Assembly (NCBI RefSeq): GCF_000372725.1
Contig: NW_005201191.1
Span: 92,745-156,744 of the forward strand
Direction: 5' to 3'
DNA length: 64,000 nucleotides
Source: Emiliania huxleyi CCMP1516
Taxonomy: Eukaryota
Each line of letters begins with the position of its first letter. Within the stretch, counting starts at the first letter, position 1. The notes under the pieces were generated by a model. The model did not search any database and was not told where the DNA came from. It saw only the letters and a list, made by a program, of their open reading frames with translations. The translations under genes and the position numbers were made by a program. This document shows, piece by piece, positions 23,052 through 36,949 of the stretch.

Positions 23052-25275
23052 CTACGCTGTCCCGGCCAGCAAGACCCCCGCAGTCTCTGGCAGCGTGGCC
23101 GCGAGCACTGCGCCAAGCAGATTGGCGACGGCGACGCCCGACGCGATGACGGCCATCGGCCGGTCCGCGTAGACCCAGCTGGCGGCAGGCACAGAACCGA
23201 GCAGGAAGCACAGCCGCGCGATGGACGCGCCGAGCCCGCGGCTCTCCGTCGGGTACAGCTCGGGGCCGGCGATGCACATCGCCGAGTTCGCGCCTATGGC
23301 ACCGCGGCTCACACGCCTCGCAATCCTGTCACGCTCACGCCAGCGGTGCGGCTGCGCCGAGGGCGCGCCGGTGACGCACGAGCGGGCAAGCATGTTCGAA
23401 AGGAGCACGCCGGTGGAGCCGGCGGCGAGCGGCGCGCCGGCGAGGAGGGAGACACCCGCGAAGGCCATGCTCACGACTTGCACGCCGCGGCGGCCGCCGA
23501 GCAAGCCGAGGGGGCCGCGAGGCGTGTCGACGGCCATCTGCACGAGCAGCGTGCCTGTTCTTGAGTCCTCGCAAGTATGACATGGCATCGTGAGCTGTCG
23601 ACGGCCGGCTGCACGAGCAGCGTGCCGGGCAGCTCCATCGAGCAGATCAGCGCCTGCTGCGCGTAGTCGAAGCTGCACTCGTTGGCGGAGCTGCGCGTCG
23701 CGAGCGCGTTCATCAGAAAGACGCCCGACCAACCGAACCCGCCGACCAAGTTGCAGAGCCAGTGGTTGAGCGTCTGGCGCCGCACGCCGCAGAGCGAGGA
23801 CGAGGTGAGCACACCGCCGCCGGTGGTGTGCGGCCTCTTGACCTGCGAATGAATATTGTTGATTAAAGCTGTCGATCAAGCTGTTAATTAGCCATAGGCC
23901 TCGCGACCTGCTCGCCGACAAACGTCTTGATTGCGGCGCGCGAGAGTCGCGTGTCCTTGCTAATCGGCACCACGCGCTGCGACGTCCACTCCACCGGCGT
24001 CGGCGCGCCCTCCAGGCTCCGGCTGCCCACCCCGTCGGCAGAGGAGCCACCTGCAGCCCGGCTCTCCGTGCCGATCTGCTCGGCGCTCAGCGGCGTCACG
24101 CGCGGCGCCACGGCGGCGGGTCTGGTGCCGGCCCCGGCCCGTCCCTCTTCCACCGGCAGCAGCGGCTCGCTCAGGTCGCCCGCCGCCGCCGCCGCCGCCG
24201 CGCCGCCACTGCCTTTGCCGCCGCCGCCGCTCTCGGCGTCGGCGCCGCCGTCGGCGGGCGTGCAAGCCGACGGCTCGGCAAACGGCGTGTACGCGCGGGG
24301 TCCGCCCCGCCCGCCGCCGTTGCCACCTTTGGTCGGGCTGTGGCGCGGCGCCGTGGCGGAGCGGAGCAAGTGGAGGTTGGCCTCGCTCGAGCCGGAGCCG
24401 GAGCCCGAGAGGCGCGCGGCGGCGGTGGCGGCAGCCGGCTTCTTGTGGCGCGGCGCGAGCAGCTTTTTGAGGTGGTGTAGCGCGCCTCCGCGGTTGACGC
24501 TGTCCATGTGGCGGAGCACCCGTTTCGCCTTTGAGCGGCGGCCATGGGCGAGCAGCCAGGAGGGGGACTCGGTCACGCAAGGCAGCACGCACGCCGCGAG
24601 CACCACGGGCATGCTCGTCACCAGCACGAGCCGGCGCCACGGCACAGGCAGAGGGTGTCCACCCTTGCCTCCGCCTGCGTCCGCCTCGTCGTCCTCGGCG
24701 GTGACGGAGAGGACAACCCACGCGAGCAAGACGGTGAGCAGGGTACCACTGGCCCACGCCCACGCGACCGAGTTGAGTGTGCGGCCGCGCGCCGCCGACG
24801 GAGAGAGTTCGGCGAGTAACTCGAAGGGGCAGGTGGCGCCGCTCAAGCCGACGCCCACGAGCGCCTGCAGCAGGACGAGGGTGCCGAAGGTGGGCGCCGC
24901 TGTCGACGCGAGCCCACCGACACTCATGATACAGATGGCGAGCAGCGTGGCCGTGCGCCGCCCAAAGGCATCGGCGCATGCGCCGAAAAGCGGCGTGGTG
25001 ATGCACGAAGCGCCAAACGACGCAGAAGCAATCAAAGCAGCGGCGTCGGGGTCAACGCCAAACGCAGCGCCGGCGCACGGCGGCAGAAAGGCGAGCAGGT
25101 TCGTCTGGATCGACTGTGCCACGACAAAGAGGCTGATGGCGGTGACAGTCCAAAAGTGGAAGGAGCCGCAGCCGATGGCGTCGAGAGCGGCATCCACGTC
25201 GAGGACCGAGGTGCTCTGCAAGTGCTTTGGAGGGGTGGGAGCCGAGGCGGCGCTCGTGCTAGCCTTGTCCGGCAT
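23052..25275 (-). CDS. MFS transporter (SV2/sugar-porter-like), multi-exon
   Basis: Has GACADAFGRR (motif A), LAELSPSAARG, TESPSWL, ELYPTESRGLG and LPETAG. Confidence 0.88.
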
Positions 25276-25727
25276 ACACGCTATACGCGTGCACCACCGC
25301 TCCGAGAGCGTCGCGACTCAACGATCCAGCCCCACCCCGAAAAATCCAAAGCCCAAGACGAGCCAGGGACGATAGAGAGGCCGCGAGTGCGGGCACGATT
25401 CGCCGACCAGGGAGAGCGGACTCGACCTCTCTGGGAGGGGAGGCGACACGACCCAATGCCACCGCCCTCGCCCGGGGAAACTTCAGCAGGGCATTCGACG
25501 CTCTCGGAGGCGGCAGTACTTGTAGTATAGTAGGGTGAGAATTATGAAAAACGCCGGAATTCGGACGAGTACTCTCGCCTGCACAAATTCGATAAGTGGG
25601 ACAAGGAGGGATGCGTCCAGGATGCACGTCCTGCAGTTTGAGGTGTGCTTTCGTTCCCTCTCCTCGGTGACCAAACGACGAGCTGGAGAGCTGGCGACCG
25701 AACGCGACCCGAGGGTGGCTGGCGGCG

Positions 25728-26730
25728 ATGGACGACCGAGCGGAGACGCAACGAATCGAGGAGCGGCTCCCGCAGGGAACCGACGAGTGGCTCGCGAGAC
25801 CTCGGCTGTCGACGACTTCGCGAGGAACGATCACGCCGGTGGCAATACTGCAGCCGCTGTCCGCGCCGGTCGGCGACGTGGTGATGTACACCGGGCCGTT
25901 GCAGCCGATGGGGCAGCTCCACGGGATCGGCAGGGAGTTCGGTGTCGGGACACAACCGTTGCCTGCATGCGTTGTTCGGGAGGCCGGCGAAGGCGCGATC
26001 ACAGAAGATGAGCGCAGAGGCGACGTCGGGCCGACGCGAGCAAACAAGACGAGGCGGATGGATCGGCGCCTCACTCACTGGCAGTGCATCTACTGCCGGC
26101 GCGAGACGCGGAACGATGCACGGGCGACGAGGTGCTGGAACTGCGATGGCGAGAAGGAGCAGCTGCGTGACGCGGACAGTGAGGGGCGCGAGGCGGCGCG
26201 CCGCGGGCAACGTGCGAAGGAGTACGCTGGCAGATCCTATGCTGGCAGATCATATGCACTGGGAGACGCAGCAGCTCGAGCAGTACACGGGGGCGGCTTC
26301 TTACCTGCGAAAGGAGGAATGCATGCTCGGGGTGATGGAGTCGTACTACGTCGTGCAGACGGGCGCTCGGGTGAGCGTGTTTGATGAGGTTAAGCGGTCC
26401 CTCATGACGGGAGCGGACGTTGCTCATTTCTTTAACGCGATCGGGCGCAAGGCGGCGGTGGGCGTGCCGGGCGAGACTACCTTTCCCATGGGCGGCTACT
26501 TCAACGAGTTCCGGCGCGAGGGCATGACCGTCGATCTCGTGCGAGAGCTGCGTACCGCGGTCAAGTTCGCAATCGTTGCGGCCGGCGGCGACGTGACGGC
26601 GATCACGAAGAACGCGAGGACTTTCAGCGAGTGGTACAGCCATCTCATGTTGCTCATGGGACGTGAGTTGGCCTCCTTTTCAATCAAAAACAGCGCCTTC
26701 AGCACAACTATTTCGAGGTCTCGCGGATAG
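25728..26730 (+). other. Intron-less, frameshifted hypothetical ORF pair with a RanBP2-like zinc ribbon; possibly mobile-element derived
   Basis: WQCIYC-x11-RCWNC in ORF 25728-26384. Globular-looking sequence continues in another frame (to 26730). Confidence 0.3.
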
Positions 26731-28010
26731 GGTGCCCACAGGACCCAAAAGAAAAGAGCTTTCGCCTCAAAAAGGGACGCACGAGGCAAATCTGATGTTG
26801 GAGTGTTCCAATAGGAGCGAGGCCTCTTCCGTTGGGGGACCGAGTTCATAGGAAACGAGGGTTTCCCATTGTGACCCGCTCGAGCCAGTCGGAGGTGAAG
26901 CGGAGGCGAGACCTCGACCAAAGAAGAGACATCAGAAACGGCTACAGCGGCCGTCAGGCGACGCTCGGCTGGCGAATAAAAGAGCGAATCAGGGAGAACC
27001 GGAGCCCCGGGAAATCGCGCGGAGGAACCCTGAGACGGGATGCTGAGTGAGGACCTGTGTACGTGAGTGGTGTACAGTGTCATGTCTACTAGCTCCGAGT
27101 AGAGGGGGCGTTCTGAAGTTAAGGGGAAACCCGGTACACGGAACCAACCCTCGGAGACCTGTGTTTACTTTAAGGCCCTTTCCCTGCGAACGCGCACCCC
27201 CGGGGCTAGGGCTCTCTTGCCCGCAACCCGATGCCAATCATCCGGCCCGCTGGGTGCGCTTCTTAGCCCCCCGGCCCTGGATGTGCGGTTGATGACTGCA
27301 CTCCAAGTGCTCCAAGTGCCCCAAGATGTGAGGTTGCCGACTGCACTCCAAGTGCTCCAAGTTGAGTTGAGGGTGCTCCAAGTGCACCTGCAAGTGGCTG
27401 GCCTAATCCACCAGCCCGACGCGCACTACAGTTACCCTCCGCGACACACCTCTCACAGCAGACTACTGGCACACCTCAGCTCCACCACCGCCTGTGTACC
27501 TGCTTCTTCAAGTTTTTCTCGATAGTCTTGAGGTTGGCGCATGCCTCCTCAGCCGAGACCTCTGCAGTCGCTTGCAGTGCGTAGTGTGCCGTGCCGCTCA
27601 TGCCTTTGGCGGCCGCGATGCAGCCGCAAAGCTTGTCGACGACCACGCTGGCCACTGTGGCGCTGAAGCTCGCCCCTTGCTCCTCCACGAGCCTCCTCAG
27701 GCGGCCTTCGTCTAGCGCGTACCGCGCCACCTCGCGCCGCACCTGCGATTCGAGGCTCAGCTTATAGTGTATAGAGCGTAAAATAAAAGCTCCCCAATCC
27801 GCTGAACACTGGATTCAAGTCGACACACAAAAACGGAACGCATCATGGCGTTTACCCGGGTACCTCTCTTTCCCCGCGCAGAAGTCGCCACTGGAGCAGG
27901 TAAGGTAAGGTAGAAGTTCTCCACACACACACAAAGCATGTGCTTTGAGGGGGAGTTCGGTGCGCCCGTTGTCATTTTGACGGCTTGTCGTGTGGCGGGC
28001 TGGCCAGAGC

Positions 28011-28799
28011 TCAGTCGTCGCGCGGCCTTGCCTTGCGGAGCTGCTTGAACTCTCCATGCATCTTCTGCGAGAGCTTGCGCTTGCGGCGGGTCTTGGTCGG
28101 GCAATCGTCCTCCTTGTTTGGGAAGTTGGCTGTCTCCATCGCCTCGTAGTACTTCCAGAGCGGCGACCGTTGGCGCCCGACGAGACTGTCGAGGCCCGGC
28201 TCCTCCCATTCGTAGAGCGAGTTTGGGCCGCACCAGGGGTAGCCCTTGCGTGCAGCGGAGTCCGAGCACGGCACGATGTTGAAGCCCCATTCCTTGATCT
28301 GGGGGTAGATCGCCTTCTTGTAGCCGCTCGATCCGACGACAAACCACTTGACATTGGGATCCTGGTTCGTGGTGTTGGTCAGGTTGAACGCCTGTCCGAG
28401 GATCTGCACGTTCGTTCGCGGCCACTCTGCCTCCGGGCGCTCCTCGCGCGAAATCGAGTGCATCAGGTTGAAGCGAACACCGTGCTTGAGCCCGTCCTTG
28501 ATGAATGCGCGGGAGGGGCCGGGTGGTAACGCAGCACACCAGTACGAATTGGCCCACAAGAAGTTGACCTCTTTGATGGTCGATACGCAGCCATCCTCCA
28601 AGATTGGGTCGAGGAGCTTGCTCATGCCCAGCGGGTGCGTCTCTGTGATGGCGACACCTTGGCCGATGACGTTGATGGTGTACGGACCGTTGCCGCACTC
28701 ACGGTTCACGTTGGACTTGTACGCGTAGTGAGTCGAATCGGGCTCGGCGGAGTGATCGGGCACGGCGGACATCAGGACGTCCGATCCAACAGGGATCAT
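28011..28799 (-). CDS. Hypothetical intron-less protein (~260 aa), family not recognised
   Basis: Complex globular composition with a basic C-terminus (KTRRKRK). Coding-like codon usage. Confidence 0.5.
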   Translation of the reverse strand: MIPVGSDVLMSAVPDHSAEPDSTHYAYKSNVNRECGNGPYTINVIGQGVAITETHPLGMSKLLDPILEDGCVSTIKEVNFLWANSYWCAALPPGPSRAFIKDGLKHGVRFNLMHSISREERPEAEWPRTNVQILGQAFNLTNTTNQDPNVKWFVVGSSGYKKAIYPQIKEWGFNIVPCSDSAARKGYPWCGPNSLYEWEEPGLDSLVGRQRSPLWKYYEAMETANFPNKEDDCPTKTRRKRKLSQKMHGEFKQLRKARPRDD

Positions 28800-30149
28800 A
28801 CAGGCCAACTGAATGCGGGTGGAGTGTTGGTTGCGCTGGTGGTGGGGGTGGTGGGGTGGGTGGGGGGTGGGGGGGGGGGGGGGGGAAAAGAAAGGGGGGT
28901 GGCTGAAGCCCTCATGCCGCCGGCGTACGTCCACCCCCCCTTCGGAGGTGGTCCCCCAGCAGCTGGCCCCTCGAGACTGTCGGTGCTTGGCGGGAGGAGG
29001 GGGAGAGGGAGGCCCGGTGGGAGGGGAGGGAGAGGGAGGCCGCCTTGGGCTCTTCTCTCCCTGGGCTCTTCTCCTCTCCCCACCCTGGGCTCTTCTCCCC
29101 TCTCCTGCCTGGTACTCTCGGCCTGATTACCGGAGCGTCTGCTGGAGAGCAGACGCTGGGGGGACACTCTCGCCCGGAGGCGGATGGGGATGGGGGGGCG
29201 CCGCGCCGCCGCCGCCGTGCCGCCTTCTCCCGCAGCTCCCGCTTTGACCTCCCCCAGCTGCTTCTCCTCAGCTCAACCTGTGAGCTTGCGAGGGCAACGG
29301 GGGTGGGAGTGCTCTCGGGCGGCGTGTGCGAGCGCGCGCGGCGCGCGATCTCTTTCGCGAGGGCACGGTGGGTCGGGTGAGTATCGCTCGCACAATTTCA
29401 CGTTATATGAGGCGCTGCCCCTGACTGCCTTTGCAAGAACGCCAGCGGCGGTGGTTGAACCGTTCGCGGTTCGAGCCGGGAGCTTTTGGCTCCCGGTTCG
29501 AAACTCGCGTGGAGGGTTGCTTCGCGGTAGCGAACGCGGGCAACGCGAGCGCGCGCGTGCGCGTGCGCGGCTGCAAGGCGAGGCGAGGCGCAGGCGCAGG
29601 CGCAGGCGCGCAAGGCGAGGCGGGCGGCGGCGGCGCGCGATCGCTTCTTTTGCTCGGGTGAGGCGTGGCGAGCGCGTCGCGCGGTGAAGACGGCGCACGC
29701 TGAGAAGTTCTTGGTGACCCACCACGGTGGCAGCGAGCCAGAGCAAGCGACCTGCCGCATGACGGGTAGAAAAAGAATTCCGGGTCGAGTCACGGCAGGA
29801 AAGGTGGAACCGCTGGCGCTGGCCGCTGCAGAGAGTGAGGCTGTGGGTGCTCGCGCTGCATCACCTACCTGAGCTGCGTGCTCTGCTGCTCTGCTTTTGG
29901 GGCTGGCGTGCTGGCTGCTCGGTGTGTGTAGCGTGTAGCCACATGGCACAACACACGCCTCTGTACACACTGTCCCTCAGGACGCACCTTGTAAATGTTA
30001 ATGGATAATGCCGCCCGGGAACAACGTGACATACCACCACGACCGGAGTTCCACAATCATCTATATCTATATCGCGGCTGGGTGTGGTGCGCGGGCACGT
30101 CGGTTGCCCCAACATCGGCGGTGCGCAACGCCCTCTGCCCGGCACCCCT

Positions 30150-31805
30150 TCAGTTCGCGGCTTGCCACTCGCGCAGCACCGCCGACGGCGGCCACGTGCG
30201 GCGCGGGAACGGCGCCGGCCCGCCGAGCCGGCTCTCGAGGTCTCGCAGCCCATCCAGCGAGAGCAGGAGCACCTGCAGCCGAGAGTCGCCGAGATAGGCC
30301 GAGACAGACCGAGCATCCCGAGGGGGTGGGGGCCAAGGGGTGTGCCCCAGGCGGGAGGTCTCGAGGTCTCGAGGTGGGTCTCTCCTTGGCCCCCGTCGGG
30401 AGGACAGGTGTAGTCCGTATCGCGAGCGAGAGGCGGGAGGCGCGGGAGGGGGGGGGAGGGGGGGGGCGCGGGGCCCCCCAAGGGCGAAACCCGTTTNNNN
30501 NNNNNNNNNNNNNNNNNNNNNNNNNNNNNNNNNNNNNNNNNNNNNNNNNNNNNNNNNNNNNNNNNNNNNNNNNNNNNNNNNNNNNNNNNNNNNNNNGGGG
30601 GGGGGGGAGCACCGAGTGCGACACCAGCTTGAGCACGCTCACGTCCTTTGCGAGGCACATCGACACGCCCGGGATGTTTTGCGCCGCGAGCCTCGCCGCC
30701 GCCTGCGGACAGCCTCGGACAGGTCTCGGACAGGTCTCGGACGTGTCTCGGACGTGTCGTGGACATGTCCCGCGCCGCGAGCCTCGCCGCTCGCTCGGCT
30801 CCCACGCCCCAGAGGCGGAACGACACCATCCCATCTCTCCCCACATCTCGAGGCCCAAGAGGCGGAACTTCTCCCCGCACCTCCCCACACCTCCCCACAC
30901 CTCCCCACACCATCCCCATCTGCCCCCCCCCTCTCGCCTGCGACTCGTCGCTCCGGTCGTCACCTGCGCAGCGGTCGTCACCAGGCGCGGCGGGAGGGCG
31001 GGTGAGTGGCGAGGACGGCCCGGCCCCGAGGTGCCCGCGACCTGTCTTGGGATGCTCCTCGTGGCTGATCTCGGCTGATCTCGGCGGATCTCGGCGGATC
31101 TCGGGTGATCTCGGCGCGGCCTCCAACGAGCAGCACTTTGTGCCCTCCGCCCGCGCGCGTGTGCGGGAGCGAGAGGCCGAGCCGCTGCAGCCGCTCGAGC
31201 AGCGCCGACGTCTTCGGCTCGTCGAGCGCCAGCCGCCCCACCAGCAGCAGCGCGCTGCGGCGCAACTTGTCCGACAGCGCGACCTTTGTCCCCGCGTCGA
31301 CCACGCGCCGCGGCAGCGACATCGCAAAGTCGCGCCGCTGCCGCGGGAAGGCGACGCCGCCGCCGCGCCATTGCGGCGCGCGGATGGAGCCCTGGCGCGA
31401 CTTGCCCGTCCCCTTCTGCGGCCGCGGCTTGCGACCGCCGCCACGCACCTCGTGCCGTGACTTGCCGGCGCGGTGCACCTGCTTAAGCGCCGCGTGCTGC
31501 GCGACGACGCAGCGGTGGACGAGGTCGGGCCGCAGCGGGAGGTCCCAGACGTCGGAGCGGAGCAGCGCGATCCCCGCGCGTGCGTCGGCCTGCCCCGCCG
31601 CCGCCTCCCAGTCGCTCACCCACGCCTGCACGTGTGGCTCGGCGGTCGATGGCACGAGTGGAGCGAGCCGCGGCTCAAACGCGTCGTCCCGCCGCGCGTT
31701 GCGCTGCTGAAAGGGGCGGCGCACCGCCCACGACCGCGCGCTCGACGCGAGGCCGCGAAGTAGCCGCCGGGGGCAGGTTTGAGCGACATGGCGCACATAT
31801 GCCAT
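30150..31805 (-). CDS. MRPL4: Mitochondrial ribosomal protein uL4, at least 3 exons, spanning the N gap
   Basis: Has RHEVRGGGRKPRPQKGTGKSRQGSIRAPQWRGGGVAF. Later exons give AAQNIPGV...VSVLKLVSHS and VLLLSLDGLRDLESRL. Confidence 0.92.
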
Positions 31806-31923
31806 TCTTCCAGATTTTCTTTATTTTTCAGTGTATGTAGCTCTTACGAACGTACCCGAGGGTCAAAGGTTTTTTTTGATTTTTTCAAGTGTACGTGCGA
31901 AAAAAAATTTTTTGGGCCGACGC

Positions 31924-33898
31924 ATGCTCCCGCCAGCCTACAAGCCGCGGCGATGTCGCCCGGCGCTGGTGCCGGTGCTCATCGCCCCGTTGCTGCTCGC
32001 GCTGGTCGCATTCAACGCCTTCACCGTGGCCTCAGCCCGGGCACGCCAGCCACACGAGCAGCCTCGTCGGCAGCACGAGCCCGCGGTACCAGCGCGGTCG
32101 ATGCCAGCGACGCGGTCTCCGCCAGCTGTGCAGATGCCGGCACCAGCTGCACCTGCGCCAGCGCCAGCCGCACCTGTGCCGGCGGCTCAGTCGGGACCGC
32201 CGCCGCCGCCTGCGGAGAGAATCCACATCGGAGTGTCGACGGACGACAAGCAGGACGCGGCGCTCGTTGCGCTGATCAACTCGACGCTCACGCACAACCC
32301 GGGCGCCGACATCGTCTTCCACGTCCTCGCACCGCAGCAGGCGCACGGGCGACTGAGCCACCTGGACGAGCTCTTTCCCGCCGCGACCTTCACGCTGGCC
32401 ACGCTGGCGCCCTCCGGCGCCGAGGCAAAGATACGGTCGCGCCTGCGCGCGCTGCGCGGGCGAGAGGCGTGCGACGGCTGCGGCGGCTCGGAGGACGCCG
32501 ACCGCTCACCCGACGACGAGAGCGAGTACCAGCGCTGGGCGGTCGCGTATCTGCCGATTCTCTTCCCGCGGCAGCGCCGTCTCCTCTGGCTCCACACTGA
32601 CGCGCTGGTCCAGGCCTGCCTCCACGCCCGCCTCCACGCCTGCCTCCACCCTGCCTCCACCCTGCGCCGCTGCCGCCAGCGTATATGCGCCGCTGCGCCG
32701 CCACCCCGCCTCCCCGCCCCCATGCTGCAGGCGGACCTGACACCTTTGTGGCGCACGCCGCTCGCCGGCAAGCCAGTGGCGGCGGTCGAGGACTGCTCGC
32801 GGCCGCTGGAGGGGCTCGTCAACCAGTCGCTGCTCGTGCAGCTCGCCGCCCCGTCCCAGGCGCTCGACATTCTCTGAGACACCACCGGCTGTTCTTATGC
32901 AGATCGCACGCGAGATGCACATGCACATCCGCCCCAACCAGGCGCTGTAGACTCTCTGTATTGATCACACACCATTCGTTGTCATGCGTATCGCGCGCGC
33001 GCACTCGCTCGCGACGTATGCACACACGCCCCCTCCCAGGCGCCCTCCGGCTGCTCCATCGACCTCGGCGTCCTCGTGGTAGACTTGCGTCAGTGGCAGG
33101 CCGCCTCCACTCTCCCGCCTCCTCCGCAGCCCCACCACCGCCTCTCTACCACCACACCCTCCTCGCCAGAGGACGGCCCCACGCAACGGACGCCCCCACC
33201 CCACCACCACCACACAGGCCCTGGACGTCTCCGCTCGCGTCGACTATTGGGCCACCATCCACGCGCGCACGCCCGACGCAATCGGCCGGATCTTTGCGCA
33301 GCCGCTCGACCCTCGCGCCGCCCTATCGACGGCGGTGCGGGGCGCGTACGTGCGGCTGGCGCCGCGGTGGAATGTGTTTGGCCTCGGCCGCCGCGCGTAC
33401 ACCCCGCCGGAGCGCGACTATTGGGTGGCGGAGTGGCGACGCGCGGGGCTCGCTGACCCGTTCGGCGGTGCACCCTCGCCGGTTCGCGCGCTCGCGGCGC
33501 CGCGGGGCGGCGAGGGCGAGGGGCGCATCCTCCACTTCTCGGGAGGCGACAAGCCGTGGGCCGGGAACGGCAGCGGCGCGCTCTGCCCCTCCCCCACCAG
33601 CCGCACTGGGCTGAGCAGCTGCGCCGCCGAGTGGCCGAGAGCCACGGCGCTGCCGCGGAAGAAGAGAAGGGCGCCGAGTGAAAAGGCGAGGCGAAGCAAC
33701 CAGGCGCCGCCGCCGCCGCCGCTGCCACCGCCGCCGCTAGAGCTGCGCAGGGCTAGCGGGGCCAGGCGAGGCGCACCCGCTTCCGCCAAGCGAGCGGGAG
33801 GCAGCCCGGCGACGGCGACGGCGCAGGCTGCTGGGAAGGGCGCTCTTTCGTCGAAGGACGCTGCGCTGAGAGAGCTGATAGACCGCGAGTTTGAGTGA
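31924..33898 (+). CDS. Glycosyltransferase family 8 (GAUT/GATL-like), type II membrane protein, multi-exon
   Basis: N-terminal TM and Pro stem, then ALINSTL, LLWLHTDALVQ|ADLTPLW, VAAVEDC, WNVFGLG and ILHFSGGDKPW. Confidence 0.85.
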
Positions 33899-34616
33899 AA
33901 AAGGGGGGCGTGAGAATCTTGGTTCTCCGGGGTTGTGCGCACAGAGAGGGGAGGATCTCTCCCTCTCAAAAACAAAAATCGTATTTTTGACAACACACGC
34001 CTCACGCGCCTGCGCCGCTCTGAGAGGTGCGTGGTGGCCACACTCTCACTGTGCACCCTGTCCCTGACGATACTTTATAGAGTGCGGGCGTGCGGCGTGC
34101 GGGCGGACCATGCATCACAGATCACAGATCACACACAGCGTCAGCGACGCTCACAACCTCCTTCTCGTGAACCGCCACAGCGGGGCGACCCAGGCACGGG
34201 GACGGCGGATGACGGCGGACGCGCTTGGGCTTGCCGCTTCCGAATCGCCGCGGCCCGCGCATCTGACGCTCGCACTGTGAAACTGTTATCTGTTATACGC
34301 AACCAAGCGCCACGGCTACTCTGTACAGGGGCACCCCCCCCACGATCTCGATCTTCAAAACGTACAAGAGAGTCGCACCTCCAGCGGTCCGGCGGTGTCG
34401 CAGAACCCCAGAGGGACACACATCCGCGGGCATATTCGCGGATCGCGCACGCACGGGGGTCGCATGCATGTGCGCAGAGCGATTATTCGCGCGGCGATGT
34501 GTGGGGGGCACTAGTATGATACACTGTGCGCAAGCCTGCGCTCTCGTCACAACCTCGTCATCGCCGGCGCTTGTGTTGACGTCGCTTGCTATGCGATGTT
34601 TTGCACAATGCCGCCG

Positions 34617-36949
34617 TTAGAAGAGCGCCTCGATCGCCTTGTTGGCCTTGGAGATTTCGCGATGCGTGGACTCCTTGGCGCTGTTCCATGCATAAAACGC
34701 GCGCACCGCCATGTCGTCGAAGTTCACTCGGCCCATGTCCTCCGACACATACTGCGAGGTGAGGTGCAAGCCGAAAAGACCGAGCAAATCGACACCGCTG
34801 TTGGGTCAGGTCAAAGGCGTGTCAGTTTAGGATGGTTGGGGGGGGGGGGGAGGGAGGGGGGGTCGGGATCGTGGGTGCGATCACAATCTAGGGTTTCCTG
34901 GCAGTGCGGATGCCCCACTCGCGCCACGTATGGTCAGGCATGAGCGGCCTGGTCTCGCCCACCGCCGCCACGACATCGTCAGATCCTGCCCGCAGAACTC
35001 GAAAGTCTGTCAGGGGATGCTCCTTCGCCGACTTGCTCTTCCCGCCCCACCACCAGGGCGACGCGATGACGCGAAGCTCAAGCATGGGCTCCAGCACCAC
35101 CTCACCGTCAAACGGCCACGGGCGCCGCACCCACCGCGAAAAGACGAAGCGCTTGGGATGGGGCCTGCCCTTGTCATCGCGCCAGGACTGGAAGACGCCG
35201 TACTGATAGAGCGGCGTACCGTCTGGTGCTGGCGGCACGGGCGGCCCGAATGCCAGTTCCGACGAGGTTGCAGCTAGCTCAAGGGAGACTCCTACCTCCC
35301 CTTCGCGCCAATAGGCGAGAGCCTGCCCATCGGTGTGGTTGCCCAGGTAAAACGCGTAGCCCCAGGGATGGAAGACGGCTGACAGCCTCTGGCGTGCTGT
35401 GCACAGAGCCGCGGGCGCCTCCGCTCCCTTCTCTCCGCGGTATTGCGCACGGAGCCGAGAGCGGCTCTGCGGCTCGGTGGCGGCGAAGTCATGGCATTCC
35501 ACCGCGGGAAGGGTATCCTTGCCTCCGAGCGCCACCTCCTCGATAAGGGGGAGGGTCACGGAAAGCCCTTTCAGGGCCGTGATGGTTTCCTTTGTGTCCC
35601 AGCCCCTGTGGCGAGGGGTGGGGTGCGGGTTGGCTTTGCGCGGCCGTGGCGCGATTGCGGCGAGGAGGGGCACGCGCACCACAGGTAGGTTCCGGCCCGC
35701 GTTGTGCCGGCCAGCGCCTCGGTCACGCCTCCATCGACAGAGGCCAAGTAGTCCGTGTCGATCATCTTAGCCCCGATCGAATTATCATACGGCGATATGT
35801 CGACGAAGCGGTCCTCGCCAAACGGCGCATCTACCCCGACCTCCGCGAGGCGTTTTTGGTCGCGCAGCGCCGCCTCGCGACGCTCTTCATAGGGTGACGA
35901 GGTGCCGATCGTTCGCAGCAGGGAGAGGATGACGGGAGAGCCGCGCAAGCGCGACTGGACCTCGCTAGCGAGACCTTTGAACGGCTTTTTGCCGCCCATC
36001 AAAGGGATGGACGACCTGAAAAGGGAGGGGGCGTGCGTAGGTGGTGGCGTGGCGGTGTGGCGGAGAGGGGAGGGGGGGTGGACGACCAGTCCACTTCGAC
36101 CGAAGGCCCCAGGAAGCGCAGCATCGGGCTGACTCGACCCTCGCAGACCATCGAGGCGGCGTTTTCGCGCACCAACGGCTTCATGATGTTGCTGATGACG
36201 GCTTGCACCACCGCAGGCTCAGTGGTGCCTTTGAAAGCACCTGCCATGTCAACGTGGAAGGAGTCGATGCCGAAGTCGCCGTCGCAGATGTCGATGGCTT
36301 TGCCGGCGAGATAGCGCAGGTTCGCAAAGATGGTCATGCTGCCAGAGAGAGCGATTGTCGTTCGCCCCTCGAAGAGCGTCACGCCAGCAAGTCCGCGGAC
36401 TTGAAAGTTGGCTTCCGCGACGGCGGAAATGTCGTCGATCGCGATCTGCACGCCGTCAGGCGGCTTGGAAAGGTCGCCGATCGTGCGCCAGAAGGTGCCC
36501 TGGGTCTTGTGCCACCTGAGGAGAGCAATACGTGAGGCAGTTAGGAGGGGGAGGAGAAGTGCAGCTGGCGGGAGGAGTAGCTCTCACTCGTAGTCGTCCC
36601 AGCAGAGTCCTCCGCGCACCTTGACGCTGCTGATAGACGGGATGGTCATGTTCCAGACTCTGGTCTCTCCGCCGGGGACGGAGACCGCGATACGCGGGAG
36701 GATGTCGTGCTCGCGCGTGTAGGCAGCAAAAGCTGTCACCGCGTCAAGCGTCAGGCTTGAGATGCCGCCTTGTATCCACGAGTTCGCTCCCTTGCAGTCG
36801 CTGCGAAGCGGAGCGGCAGGCGCAGATCGTTCGAGGAGACTGGAGGACGGCGCGCACGCTTTGAGAAGAGCACAGCCTGCAAGGATGGCGAGCACGCTCG
36901 AGATCTTCTTGAGGTGGGAGGTCGCAGCCCTCACGTTGGCGGTCTTCAT
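34617..36949 (-). CDS. Multi-exon secreted or membrane-anchored hypothetical protein; N-half resembles a BPI/LBP (TULIP) lipid-binding domain
   Basis: Five coding blocks can be joined across short introns. Hydrophobic N-terminus. The pattern IDIC...IDSFHVDM...ISNIMKPLVRENAASMVC resembles the BPI N-domain (recalled, weak). Confidence 0.5.

Noticed and set aside
23927..25375. Long antisense ORFs here and opposite other genes (e.g. 2447-4039, 53629-54684)
   Set aside because: They are shadow ORFs caused by GC3 bias on the coding strand.
27897..27912. (GTAAG)n short tracts, also at ~39890 on the minus strand, as retroposon tails
   Set aside because: Only 2-3 units each, with no linked element body.
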